A stretch of 64,000 nucleotides of DNA. Source: Gammaproteobacteria bacterium. GTDB taxonomy: Bacteria; Pseudomonadota; Gammaproteobacteria; Xanthomonadales; SZUA-36. Made by a program: the position numbers and the translations under genes. Under the pieces are notes generated by a model. The model saw only the letters and a program-made list of their open reading frames with translations. It did not search any database and was not told the origin of the DNA. Each line of letters opens with the position of its first letter. Position 1 is the first letter of the stretch. The stretch is from NCBI GenBank assembly GCA_030431095.1, contig JAUIJU010000002.1:22092-86091 (forward strand). The letters run 5' to 3'. Positions 30,271 through 38,584 of this stretch are shown here, one piece after another.

Positions 30271-31098
30271 GTGGTGGCGCATTCACCTCCCAAGCACGAC
30301 ACGCCCCGGCATTTGCGGCTGTTGACCTTCAACATCCAGTCCGGCACCCCGGCCAACAGTTACCGTGAATACCTCACCAACAGCTGGCGACAGGTGCTGC
30401 CCAGCGCGGTGCGCATCGAAAACCTGGACGCCATTGCGGGCCTGGTCATGGACTACGATATGGTTGGCTTACAGGAAGTGGATTCGGGCAGTCTGCGTTC
30501 CGGATTCATCAACCAGTCGCGCTATATCGCCACTCACGCGGCCCTGCCCTACTGGTTTCACCAGTCCAACCGCAAGGTGGGAACGATGGCCTACTCCGGC
30601 AACGGCTTCCTCGCCCGTTACCAGCCCGACGCCATCGAGGAACACCGCCTGCCCGGCGCGATTCCCGGCCGCGGGGCGCTGTTTCTGAATTTTGGCGGAG
30701 CGTCCGGCCTGACCATCGCCGTCGTGCACCTGGCGCTGGGCCAGCTGGCCCGGGGCGCGCAACTGAAATACCTGTGCAGGAAACTGCAGGGGCGGCGCCA
30801 CGTGGTGGTGATGGGAGATTTCAATGCTGGCGCGGACAGCACCAAGCTACGCAATTTCTGTGAGCGGCTGGACCTGGACGCGCCAACGCGCGATCTGCCC
30901 AGTTATCCTTCGTGGAAGCCACAACGCGCGCTGGATCACGTGCTGGTCAGCCGCACCCTGGTCACGGGGTCAGCTGAGGTCATCGACGTGGGGTATTCGG
31001 ACCACCTGCCGGTGGGGCTGAAAATCGAGGTGCCCGAAGGGCTGCAACTGAAGAGTGCGGAACCGCCCCTGGCAGGATTCGAGGCCGTGCGCGGCTAA
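30271..31098 (+). CDS. Endonuclease/exonuclease/phosphatase family protein
   Basis: TFNI, LQEVD, GDFN, LDH, SDHLP motifs. Confidence 0.9.
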   Translation: MVAHSPPKHDTPRHLRLLTFNIQSGTPANSYREYLTNSWRQVLPSAVRIENLDAIAGLVMDYDMVGLQEVDSGSLRSGFINQSRYIATHAALPYWFHQSNRKVGTMAYSGNGFLARYQPDAIEEHRLPGAIPGRGALFLNFGGASGLTIAVVHLALGQLARGAQLKYLCRKLQGRRHVVVMGDFNAGADSTKLRNFCERLDLDAPTRDLPSYPSWKPQRALDHVLVSRTLVTGSAEVIDVGYSDHLPVGLKIEVPEGLQLKSAEPPLAGFEAVRG

Positions 31099-31111
31099 TT
31101 CCGCCCGGGCG

Positions 31112-31321
31112 TCAGTAGAGAAAGAAGTTGAGGCCGGTCAGGGCCGCGTAGCCCAATCCGAGGATCCCGCCCACGTACAGCAGACCACGCAGGAAGGAGT
31201 GCCATTGCTCGGAACGGTACTCGGCCTGGATGTCGCGGTGCAGTTTCATCCACTGCACCTCGAGGTCGCCGTTAAAGACGAAATTGCCGTTGTCATCGTA
31301 CTGGATGGGATCGTTACGCAT
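31112..31321 (-). CDS. Small hypothetical protein with C-terminal TM helix
   Basis: 69 aa ORF, host-like codon usage, co-oriented with the upstream lipoprotein. Confidence 0.55.
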   Translation of the reverse strand: MRNDPIQYDDNGNFVFNGDLEVQWMKLHRDIQAEYRSEQWHSFLRGLLYVGGILGLGYAALTGLNFFLY

Positions 31322-31360
31322 GGGAACCTGTCCGCCCGCACCGTGTGCGAAGCGTTGTTG

Positions 31361-31831
31361 TCAGCTGCAGTTGGTCTTGACGGTGTCACCGCTCACGTCG
31401 GAATAGCATCGCAGCGTGCTCTCACTCGGCGAATGGGTCACTTCCCAGTAGAGCTGTCCGTTGGGTGCGACGCGTTTGAGCGGGGGCTTCACGCCATTGT
31501 TCGCCGTTTGCGTTCCGAGCGTCCCAGGAAAGCCTTCAGGGTAGGTGAAGAGAAACTGCTGGTCTCGCTGCTGGGTATCGCAGACATTGATGGTGGAGAC
31601 CCGCGCCTGGGCGCCGCTGTCCCACTCGACCATGATCGGCTTGGTGCCCATGCAGCCGCCTTCCTGGAAATCAGCCGAGCCGGTGTAGGCCAGGGTGACC
31701 GGGGCATGGCCCCAGAACTTGCCGCCTTCGTAAATGGCGGCGCCCGGCGGTTCAGATTCGATGGTCAGCAGGACCTGCGAAGAACAGGCGCTGAGCAGGC
31801 AGGCAGCAAGTACGGCGATTCCCCTTTTCAT
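31361..31831 (-). CDS. Lipoprotein with PEGA-like domain
   Basis: Lipobox LSAC; TIESEPPGAAIY..G.AP PEGA-like motif; 4 further Cys. Confidence 0.72.
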   Translation of the reverse strand: MKRGIAVLAACLLSACSSQVLLTIESEPPGAAIYEGGKFWGHAPVTLAYTGSADFQEGGCMGTKPIMVEWDSGAQARVSTINVCDTQQRDQQFLFTYPEGFPGTLGTQTANNGVKPPLKRVAPNGQLYWEVTHSPSESTLRCYSDVSGDTVKTNCS

Positions 31832-32007
31832 CCCGGTTCCTTCCCTCTAATTTCTGGTTGCATCATGCGCCTTTACACGCATCGCTTCAAATGTATGAAA
31901 TACCCCGCCAACCACTTCATTGCAGGGTGAAGGGCGACCTAATTGAACATACGCGAAAGCCGCCCAAACCATCTCACCGAAACAGGCGCGATCGGGATAA
32001 ATAGGTT

Positions 32008-32289
32008 TCACCCTCTTGAACCGGTGATTTCACGGCGCGACAATGCGCCCGGTGACGCTGCCGGGGTCGCTGCAGTCGTTGCCACCGAAACGCGGGAGTG
32101 CGCACTCCCGCGTTTCTTTTTTCTTCGGGTCGTCAGCGCCAGGCCGGCGACCAGGGCAAGCCCAAATCCAACGGCGCCGCCGATCCACAACGCCACCCCA
32201 CCGATATAGGCGAACCACAGTCCCGGCACCACTGCGTAAAGGGCGTAGTGGGCCAGGAACTGCACCAGGTTGTCGACTCGCTTGTGCAT
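32008..32289 (-). CDS. Small hydrophobic membrane protein with basic RRKKKR segment
   Basis: GGAGA RBS before ATG; two TM-like segments; 3' part antisense to the sRNA. Confidence 0.55.
   Translation of the reverse strand: MHKRVDNLVQFLAHYALYAVVPGLWFAYIGGVALWIGGAVGFGLALVAGLALTTRRKKKRGSAHSRVSVATTAATPAASPGALSRREITGSRG
32016..32044 (+). promoter_or_regulatory. Sigma70-like promoter of putative sRNA
   Basis: TTGAAC-17 bp-GACAAT. Confidence 0.6.
32051..32122 (+). ncRNA. Putative ~72-nt two-hairpin sRNA
   Basis: Promoter upstream; hairpin 1 GGTGACG-CTGC/loop CGGGGTCGCT/GCAG-T-CGTTGCC; hairpin 2 perfect AAACGCGGGAGTGCGCACTCCCGCGTTT followed by a T-tract; no plausible + strand CDS ends here. Confidence 0.7.
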
Positions 32290-32389
32290 GCACTGTCTCC
32301 CGAATTCATTCAGTCGACAGTTTCCATTGACGCCCGTTCCGGCGCTTGACCCGATCAGACATTCTGTTGACGAAATAATACGCGCTGAA

Positions 32390-33226
32390 TCAGCGAGTTG
32401 AAGCGGGGTTCATCTCGGCGAGCCCCTCCACGGCGAGGAATCTGCCGCCGTCTTCGATGGGGGGGACCATGGCCAGGTTGCGCTCCATTTCCCGTGGATC
32501 ACGATAGGGCCTGCCGTGATCCAGGTGCAGGAGGTTGGCGGTCCAGCGAACGGTGGAGGCAGTAACGCCGAAATTGGCCAGGCGGTTGCCGAAATCACCG
32601 TCCTCGAAACCGTAGCTGAAACGATTGTCGAAGCCGTTGACCGCCAGTGCGTCGCTGCGCCAGCAGGCGGAATTGGAACCCAGCCAGTAGAGTTTCGTGG
32701 TCGAGAATCGATTGAGCCGCCCGCGCACTCCGCGCGGCAGGGAGAGTTTTAGGTACCGGCGGTTCCAGCGCCCGCCGGTGCGCCGCAGCCAGGTGCTGTC
32801 GAACACCGTGCCCTCCGTGATCAGCGGCTTGCTGACGGCCCCGGACAGGGCTTCGTCCAGGCGGATGATGGCGCCATTCTGGTACCGACCTGGCCTGGCG
32901 GCCAGGCGGTGTTCGCTCACATAGTCCGGGTGGGCGACGCAATCGCCGTCGAGGAACACCAGGTAGTCGGCCTGCGTGGCCTGGATGCAGCGATTGAGGA
33001 TGCGGGTTTTGCGGAAGCCCTGGTCTGACTGCCACTGGTGATTAATTCTTTCTTCGAAGAAGTCTCTATAACTATCTATAATTTCTTTAGTTTCATCTCC
33101 GGAACCGTCGTCGGCAATCAGCAGTTCGAAGCCCTGGTCGCGCTGCCGGGTAAGGGCGAACAGGCAGCGATCAAGGTGCTTCGGCTGCTGGTACGTGGAG
33201 ACGATGAGCGCCATGGTGAAGGCCAT
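32390..33226 (-). CDS. Glycosyltransferase family 2 (with galactosyltransferase-like C-terminal domain)
   Basis: IVSTY, ADDGS, FLDGDC, NGFD..YGFEDGD, LLHLDH. Confidence 0.9.
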   Translation of the reverse strand: MAFTMALIVSTYQQPKHLDRCLFALTRQRDQGFELLIADDGSGDETKEIIDSYRDFFEERINHQWQSDQGFRKTRILNRCIQATQADYLVFLDGDCVAHPDYVSEHRLAARPGRYQNGAIIRLDEALSGAVSKPLITEGTVFDSTWLRRTGGRWNRRYLKLSLPRGVRGRLNRFSTTKLYWLGSNSACWRSDALAVNGFDNRFSYGFEDGDFGNRLANFGVTASTVRWTANLLHLDHGRPYRDPREMERNLAMVPPIEDGGRFLAVEGLAEMNPASTR

Positions 33227-33281
33227 GGCCGAGAGTGTACGACACCCCCTGCCCCACGCTCCAACCACCGGCACCCGGCGA

Positions 33282-35465
33282 TCAGTCTCCCAGTGGCGTT
33301 CCCCGGGCCGCCATGACCCGGCGCAGCCCCGTTTCGACCTCGTCCTGGCGCGCGATCGCGGCGCGTTCCAGGACCCTGGAAATGCTCGGTGAGGCTTCGC
33401 CGCCGTGCACCCGCTCCACCGGCTGGTCCAGCCAGTCGAGACAGCGTCTCTGGACTTCGTCCGCCAGCCAGCCGCCGTAGGAGGTGCCCAGGGCGCCTTG
33501 CTCCACGATCAGTACGTTGTGGGTTTTACGCACGCTGGCCTCGACCGTTTCCCAGTCCAGGCCGGCTCGGTCGAGCGAGCGCAGGTCGATGACCTCGGCA
33601 TCTACGCCCAGCGCGTCCGCGGCGGCCACGCTTTCGCCCACCATCGAGAGATAGGTGAGCACAGTCAAGTCGTTGCCGGGACGCGCCACCCGGGCGCTGC
33701 CCAGAGGAATGTAATAGTCGAGATCGTCTTCGGGAATATCGCCGCGCTCGGCGTACAGGTCGACGTGCTCGAGCACCAGTACCGGGTCGCGGCATTCCAG
33801 CGCCGCGTTCATCAGCCCCACGTAGTCGAACGGCGTGGCCGGCGCCACGATGCGCCAGCCCGGGGACGTGGCGAAGATGCCGGCAGGGTCCATGGAGTGC
33901 TGCGATCCGTAACCGGTGCCCATGGCGACCTTGGTGCGCAGCACCAGCGGCACATCGGTGTCGCCGCCGAACATGTGGCGAAACTTGGCCACCTGGTTAA
34001 AGACCTGGTCCGCGGCCACCCACAGGAAGTCCGGGTACATGAACTCCACCACGGGCTTGTGCCGGCCGTCCGTGGCCAGGCCGCCGGCCAGGCCGATAAA
34101 GGCATTCTCGCTGATCGGCGTGCCCAGCACGCGATCGGGAAAGTCCTCCGCCAGGCCACGGGTGGCGCCGTTGGTGCCGCCCTTCAGGCGATGAATGTCC
34201 TCGCCCATGCAGACGATGGACTCATCCTGCGACATGCGCCGGTGCATGACGGAAGCCACCGCCTGGACGAAGCGGACCGATTTCATCGGGCCGTCGAAAC
34301 CGTCCTGCTCGGCGGTGCGCACCCCGGCCAGCTCCTGCAGGTCGCCACGAACGCCTACGTCCACGAAGGCGCGGTCGGGCCAGAGCTCCGGGCGGATGCG
34401 CCGCCCCTGCCCTTCAGGCTCCACGATGCGCTCGACGCAGCGCGCCATCAGATCCTGTGCCCGGCCGCGCAGCGCATCGAGATCGGCCTCGGTCAGCAAC
34501 TGGCGCTGCACCATGGCCATGCCCACGCGCGTCAGCGGGTCGCGCTGGCGCCAGTCTGCTTCTTCTTCCTTGCTGCGGTAACCGAATGCACTGCCCGCCA
34601 GCGGTCCGTTCTGGTGAAAGTAGCGATAGCAATCGGCCTCGATGATGGCCGGACCACCACCGGTGCGCAGGGTGTCCAGCGCGGCGTCGGTGGCCAGCTT
34701 GACGGCCAGTGGGTCCATGCCGTCCACGCGCCAGGCGGGGATGCCGAAGCCCTGTCCGCGGCCGGACAAACGGTGCTCGCGGGTCACCTCTTCGACGTGG
34801 GTGGCCACCGCGTACAGGTTGTTCTCGATAAAGAACAGCAGGGGCAGGTCCCATGCCGCGGCCAGGTTCATGGTTTCCAGCACCGAACCGATATTGACCG
34901 CGCCGTCACCGAAATAGGTGACCGCCACGTCGCCCGCGCCCGCGCGTCGGTGGGCGAAGGCCGCGCCGGCTGCCGAGGGCACGCCGCCGCCCACGATGGC
35001 ATTGCTGCCCAGCACACCAGCCTCGGCCCAGCGCAGGTGCATGGAGCCGCCACGGCCCTTGCAGAAGCCGTCCCGGAGACCGGCGATTTCCGCCAACGTG
35101 CGGTACAGCAGATGCTCCACGGGCTCGCCGAATCCGGCCAGTGGATCGAACTTGGGCTGCACGTGGTACAGGGCCTTGGCCAGGAACTGGTGGTGGGCGC
35201 GGTGCGAACCGTTCACCTGGTCACTGGACCGCAAGGCGATGCACGAGCCGATGGCCCCACCTTCCTGTCCGATGGAGGAATGCGCGGGGCCGTGGACCAG
35301 GCCTTCACCGGCCAGTTCCAGCACGGATTCCTCGAAGGCGCGCACCAGGTGCAGTCCGGTGAGCAGATTGCCCAGCAGATCGGCCGGCGCCTCCGCCCAG
35401 TCACTTTCCGTGGCGGCGAGGTCGAACCAGTCCGCGCCGGGCTGGAGGGGTGTCAATTCAGGCAT
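33282..35465 (-). CDS. Fused 2-oxoacid dehydrogenase E1 alpha/beta subunit
   Basis: HSSIGQEG, GRGGSMH, GDGA..N ThDP motif, TPISE, SQHS, IDLRSL; ATG 35465 with GGAG RBS. Confidence 0.9.
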   Translation of the reverse strand: MPELTPLQPGADWFDLAATESDWAEAPADLLGNLLTGLHLVRAFEESVLELAGEGLVHGPAHSSIGQEGGAIGSCIALRSSDQVNGSHRAHHQFLAKALYHVQPKFDPLAGFGEPVEHLLYRTLAEIAGLRDGFCKGRGGSMHLRWAEAGVLGSNAIVGGGVPSAAGAAFAHRRAGAGDVAVTYFGDGAVNIGSVLETMNLAAAWDLPLLFFIENNLYAVATHVEEVTREHRLSGRGQGFGIPAWRVDGMDPLAVKLATDAALDTLRTGGGPAIIEADCYRYFHQNGPLAGSAFGYRSKEEEADWRQRDPLTRVGMAMVQRQLLTEADLDALRGRAQDLMARCVERIVEPEGQGRRIRPELWPDRAFVDVGVRGDLQELAGVRTAEQDGFDGPMKSVRFVQAVASVMHRRMSQDESIVCMGEDIHRLKGGTNGATRGLAEDFPDRVLGTPISENAFIGLAGGLATDGRHKPVVEFMYPDFLWVAADQVFNQVAKFRHMFGGDTDVPLVLRTKVAMGTGYGSQHSMDPAGIFATSPGWRIVAPATPFDYVGLMNAALECRDPVLVLEHVDLYAERGDIPEDDLDYYIPLGSARVARPGNDLTVLTYLSMVGESVAAADALGVDAEVIDLRSLDRAGLDWETVEASVRKTHNVLIVEQGALGTSYGGWLADEVQRRCLDWLDQPVERVHGGEASPSISRVLERAAIARQDEVETGLRRVMAARGTPLGD

Positions 35466-35522
35466 GGTTGTCTCCGACACGACCGGGCCGGCGCCACGGC
35501 GCCGGCCCGGAACGCAACACGG

Positions 35523-37706
35523 TCAGTAGCGGTAGTCGACCTGCACACCCCAACTGGCGGGTGCGCCGTAGATGTGGTTGTTGCCCAGGAAGCCGGCCGC
35601 CGAGAAAATCAGGTACTCCTCGTCCAGCACGTTGTTGCCATAAACCGACACGCCCCAGGTGCCCTCTTCCGAGGTCCAGCCGGCGCGCAGCGCGAGCAGG
35701 CCGTAGCTGTCCTGCGTCAGCTCGTTACCGGGTGACAGCGGGATGTCGTCGGTCCAGTAGTAGTTGCCGGAGAGATCCAGGCTGCCGCCGCTGGCCAGCG
35801 GACGCACGTAATTGAGGGCCACGCTGCTGGTCCATTCCGGTGTGCGAATCATCTGGCGGCCGGAGAAGTCCGTGGGCACCACGGCGAAACCGTAGCTCGG
35901 CGGGAAGTACGGGTCGCCCGAAATGCCCTGGCCGATATATTCCTTGTATTCGGCATGCGTGTAGGCAACGCCCATGTTCACGGTCAGGTTGTCCGTCAGG
36001 TTGGCGCCGAAGTGCGCTTCCCAGCCGTAGGTTTCCGCCTTGGGCGCGTTGTCCAGCACGAAGCAGGCGCACTCGTTGTTGAAGATGTAGACCTGCAGGT
36101 TGTCGTAGTCGGAGAAATACACCGCCGTGTCAAAGGTCCAGCCGTCGACATCCACCTTGTAGCCGATTTCATACTGCGTGATTTCTTCCGGGTCGACGGG
36201 TGTCTGCGGTCCGACCTGGGTGTAGATGTAGTTGCCGCTCATGAAGCCGCGGCTGACGGAGGCGTACAGGCTGGAAATGTCGGAGGCCTGGTGGCGCAGC
36301 ACCACGCGTGGCGTGAACTCGGTCCAGCGCTCTGAATCGGTGAAGTAGACGAACGGGTCGAGCAGGCCCTGGCTGACCAGTTCCTTCTCTTCCGACGTGA
36401 AACGCCCACCCAGGGTGAGAAACCAGTCCTCGGCGAACTCGAACACACCGTCGGCGTAGACGCCGATGGAGTCGGTGGTGACTTCGGCGTCCGAGTAGAG
36501 CCAGTTGGTCCGCGTACCGGTGTTGAAGAAGTCGTTGTAGGCGTTGTTTCGCAGGGAACCCACGTCGTGGTAGTAGAACACGCCGGCCACCCAGTCCAGG
36601 CGGCCTTCTCCGGCGTTGCCGATGTTGATTTCCTGGGTGAAGGTCTTTTCCTTCTCGGTGTATTCCACCTGCCAGTACTGCACCGTGGTGCCGTCGAGGT
36701 CGGCACGGATGTCCGCCTCCTGGTCGCGGTACTGGGTGTACCAGTTCACGTCCAGGCCGGCCAGGTCGAATTCGCCGTGCAGCTGGGCCGCGAAGGCCTG
36801 CGGGTTGGCCATGACGTCGTAGTTGAACGAGTTCTTGTACGGCTCGATGGTGTGCACGATGGGCACGCCGAATGCATCGTTGTAGAACTGCGCGATGGGC
36901 TGCCGGCTGACCTGGGCCAGGCCCGTGGGATCATTGATGTCGGTGTACTCCAGGGTCAGCACCCACTTGGTGGTATCACTGGGCATCCACAGGAGCTTGC
37001 CGCGTGCCGCCTTGTAGTCCAGTGGCGCGGTGGGTTCGCCGGTGGCGATGTTGTCGAAATAGTTGTCGCTTTCGCGGTAGTACAGGGACCAGTCCATGGC
37101 GAACGTGTCGCTCAGGCCGGTGGTGCCGTACACGGAGGCGCGACGATCATCCCAGCTGCCCACGGCCAGGCGAAAATGCCCGGAGGATTCGAACTGGGGA
37201 TCCGGCGTCTTGATCAGGATGGCGCCGCCGGTCGCATTCTGGCCGAATAGCGTGCCCTGCGGCCCTTTCAGCACGTCAACACGTTCGATGTTGGTGAACT
37301 CGAACAGGTTGCCGGCCTGGCTGGGCATGTAAAAGCCGTCCATGTAGATGGCCACGTTTGCGTTGGCCCCAGGCCCTTGTACGTCCTGCGTGCCGATGCC
37401 GCGGATGGTTGGCTGGGCATAGGCGCCGTAGTGATCGACCCGAAGCCCGGGCACCACCGTGTTCAGGTCGAACAGGCCGGTCACGACGGCCGCGTCGAGC
37501 TGTTGTTCGGAGAGGCTGGAAATGGAAATCGGTACGTCCAGCAGCCGTTCCTCGCGGCGCTGGGCGGTGACCATCACCTCTTCCAGGGCGCCGGCGCCTG
37601 CCTCGGCCTCCTGGGCGTTGACATGGGTAGGTACGGTGGCGGCGAGCGCCAGGAGCATGGCGCCTGCCAGCGGTGTGCGAACGATCTGGATTCCACGGTA
37701 TTTCAT
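35523..37706 (-). CDS. TonB-dependent receptor
   Basis: Signal peptide from ATG 37706; LEEVMVTAQRRE, IERVDVLKGPQGTLFG. Confidence 0.92.
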   Translation of the reverse strand: MKYRGIQIVRTPLAGAMLLALAATVPTHVNAQEAEAGAGALEEVMVTAQRREERLLDVPISISSLSEQQLDAAVVTGLFDLNTVVPGLRVDHYGAYAQPTIRGIGTQDVQGPGANANVAIYMDGFYMPSQAGNLFEFTNIERVDVLKGPQGTLFGQNATGGAILIKTPDPQFESSGHFRLAVGSWDDRRASVYGTTGLSDTFAMDWSLYYRESDNYFDNIATGEPTAPLDYKAARGKLLWMPSDTTKWVLTLEYTDINDPTGLAQVSRQPIAQFYNDAFGVPIVHTIEPYKNSFNYDVMANPQAFAAQLHGEFDLAGLDVNWYTQYRDQEADIRADLDGTTVQYWQVEYTEKEKTFTQEINIGNAGEGRLDWVAGVFYYHDVGSLRNNAYNDFFNTGTRTNWLYSDAEVTTDSIGVYADGVFEFAEDWFLTLGGRFTSEEKELVSQGLLDPFVYFTDSERWTEFTPRVVLRHQASDISSLYASVSRGFMSGNYIYTQVGPQTPVDPEEITQYEIGYKVDVDGWTFDTAVYFSDYDNLQVYIFNNECACFVLDNAPKAETYGWEAHFGANLTDNLTVNMGVAYTHAEYKEYIGQGISGDPYFPPSYGFAVVPTDFSGRQMIRTPEWTSSVALNYVRPLASGGSLDLSGNYYWTDDIPLSPGNELTQDSYGLLALRAGWTSEEGTWGVSVYGNNVLDEEYLIFSAAGFLGNNHIYGAPASWGVQVDYRY

Positions 37707-37848
37707 CGACGATACCTTTTGCGAATGACTGAGCCAGGGGGGTGTCGAAGCGCACCGGTTGCCGGTGTCTTTCTGTTGTACGTCCGCTGCAACCGGCGGT
37801 TCGAACCGCGGCGTCAGTCTGACCGAGCAGGACGCGCCTGTCAATAAA

Positions 37849-37920
37849 TTGTATCCGATTATCCAAATGACACCCGAAATTCGGGTGAAATAGCGCATCT
37901 ATATTGATTGATGTATCCAA
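37849..37920. promoter_or_regulatory. Candidate GntR operator region in divergent promoter
   Basis: TTGTATCCGA (37849) and ATGTATCCAA (37911); palindrome CACCCGAAATTCGGGTG (37871-37887). Confidence 0.6.
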
Positions 37921-38007
37921 TTTATGCCACGATGGGCCCTGTGAACCATTGAACCAGGTCACGAACCTGGCGTTCAGTCCTGGCCGGCTCCGGAGAACAC
38001 CAAGACA

Positions 38008-38571
38008 ATGACCGACCCTGAAAACGCCCCGTCGGCGCAGACCGGCATACCCGGTTTGCGCGGTACCGACCACATCGGATTCACCGTACCCGACATCGAA
38101 CAGGCCACCCGCTTTTTCGTCGACGTCATCGGTTGTGAACTGATTTACAGCCTGGGTCGCATCGAGGACGCCGAGGGCGACTGGATGCAACGTCACCTGG
38201 GCGTCGACCGTCGGGCGGTGGTGAACGACTTGCGACTGCTGCGTTGCCGCCACGGCGCCAATTTCGAAATCTTCGAATACGAAGTGCCGGAACAGGTCAG
38301 CACGCCTCCGCGCAACAGCGACGTGGGCGGCCATCACCTGGCCTTTTACGTGGATGATTTCGACCTCGCCCTGGACTACCTGCGCGAGCAGGGCCTGCGC
38401 ATTCTCGGCGAACCGACGGTGCGGCACGAAGGCCCCAGCGCGGGCCAGACCTGGGTGTATTTTCTCTCGCCCTGGGGCATGCAACTCGAGTTGCTGAGCT
38501 TTCCCGGCGGCAAGGGCTACGAACGCGACGCCACCACCCTGCTGTGGCACCCGGCCCACCCGGCCGACTGA
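38008..38571 (+). CDS. VOC/glyoxalase-family protein
   Basis: DHIGFTVPD, EIFEY, GGHHLAFYVDD, YFLSPWGMQLEL (H/E/H/E metal ligands). Confidence 0.88.
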   Translation: MTDPENAPSAQTGIPGLRGTDHIGFTVPDIEQATRFFVDVIGCELIYSLGRIEDAEGDWMQRHLGVDRRAVVNDLRLLRCRHGANFEIFEYEVPEQVSTPPRNSDVGGHHLAFYVDDFDLALDYLREQGLRILGEPTVRHEGPSAGQTWVYFLSPWGMQLELLSFPGGKGYERDATTLLWHPAHPAD

Positions 38572-38584
38572 CAGGAACCGCACC

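Noticed and set aside
33041-33097. Diversity-generating retroelement variable region as cause of the AT patch
   Set aside because: No reverse transcriptase or template repeat in the window; the patch is in a GT2 N-terminal domain
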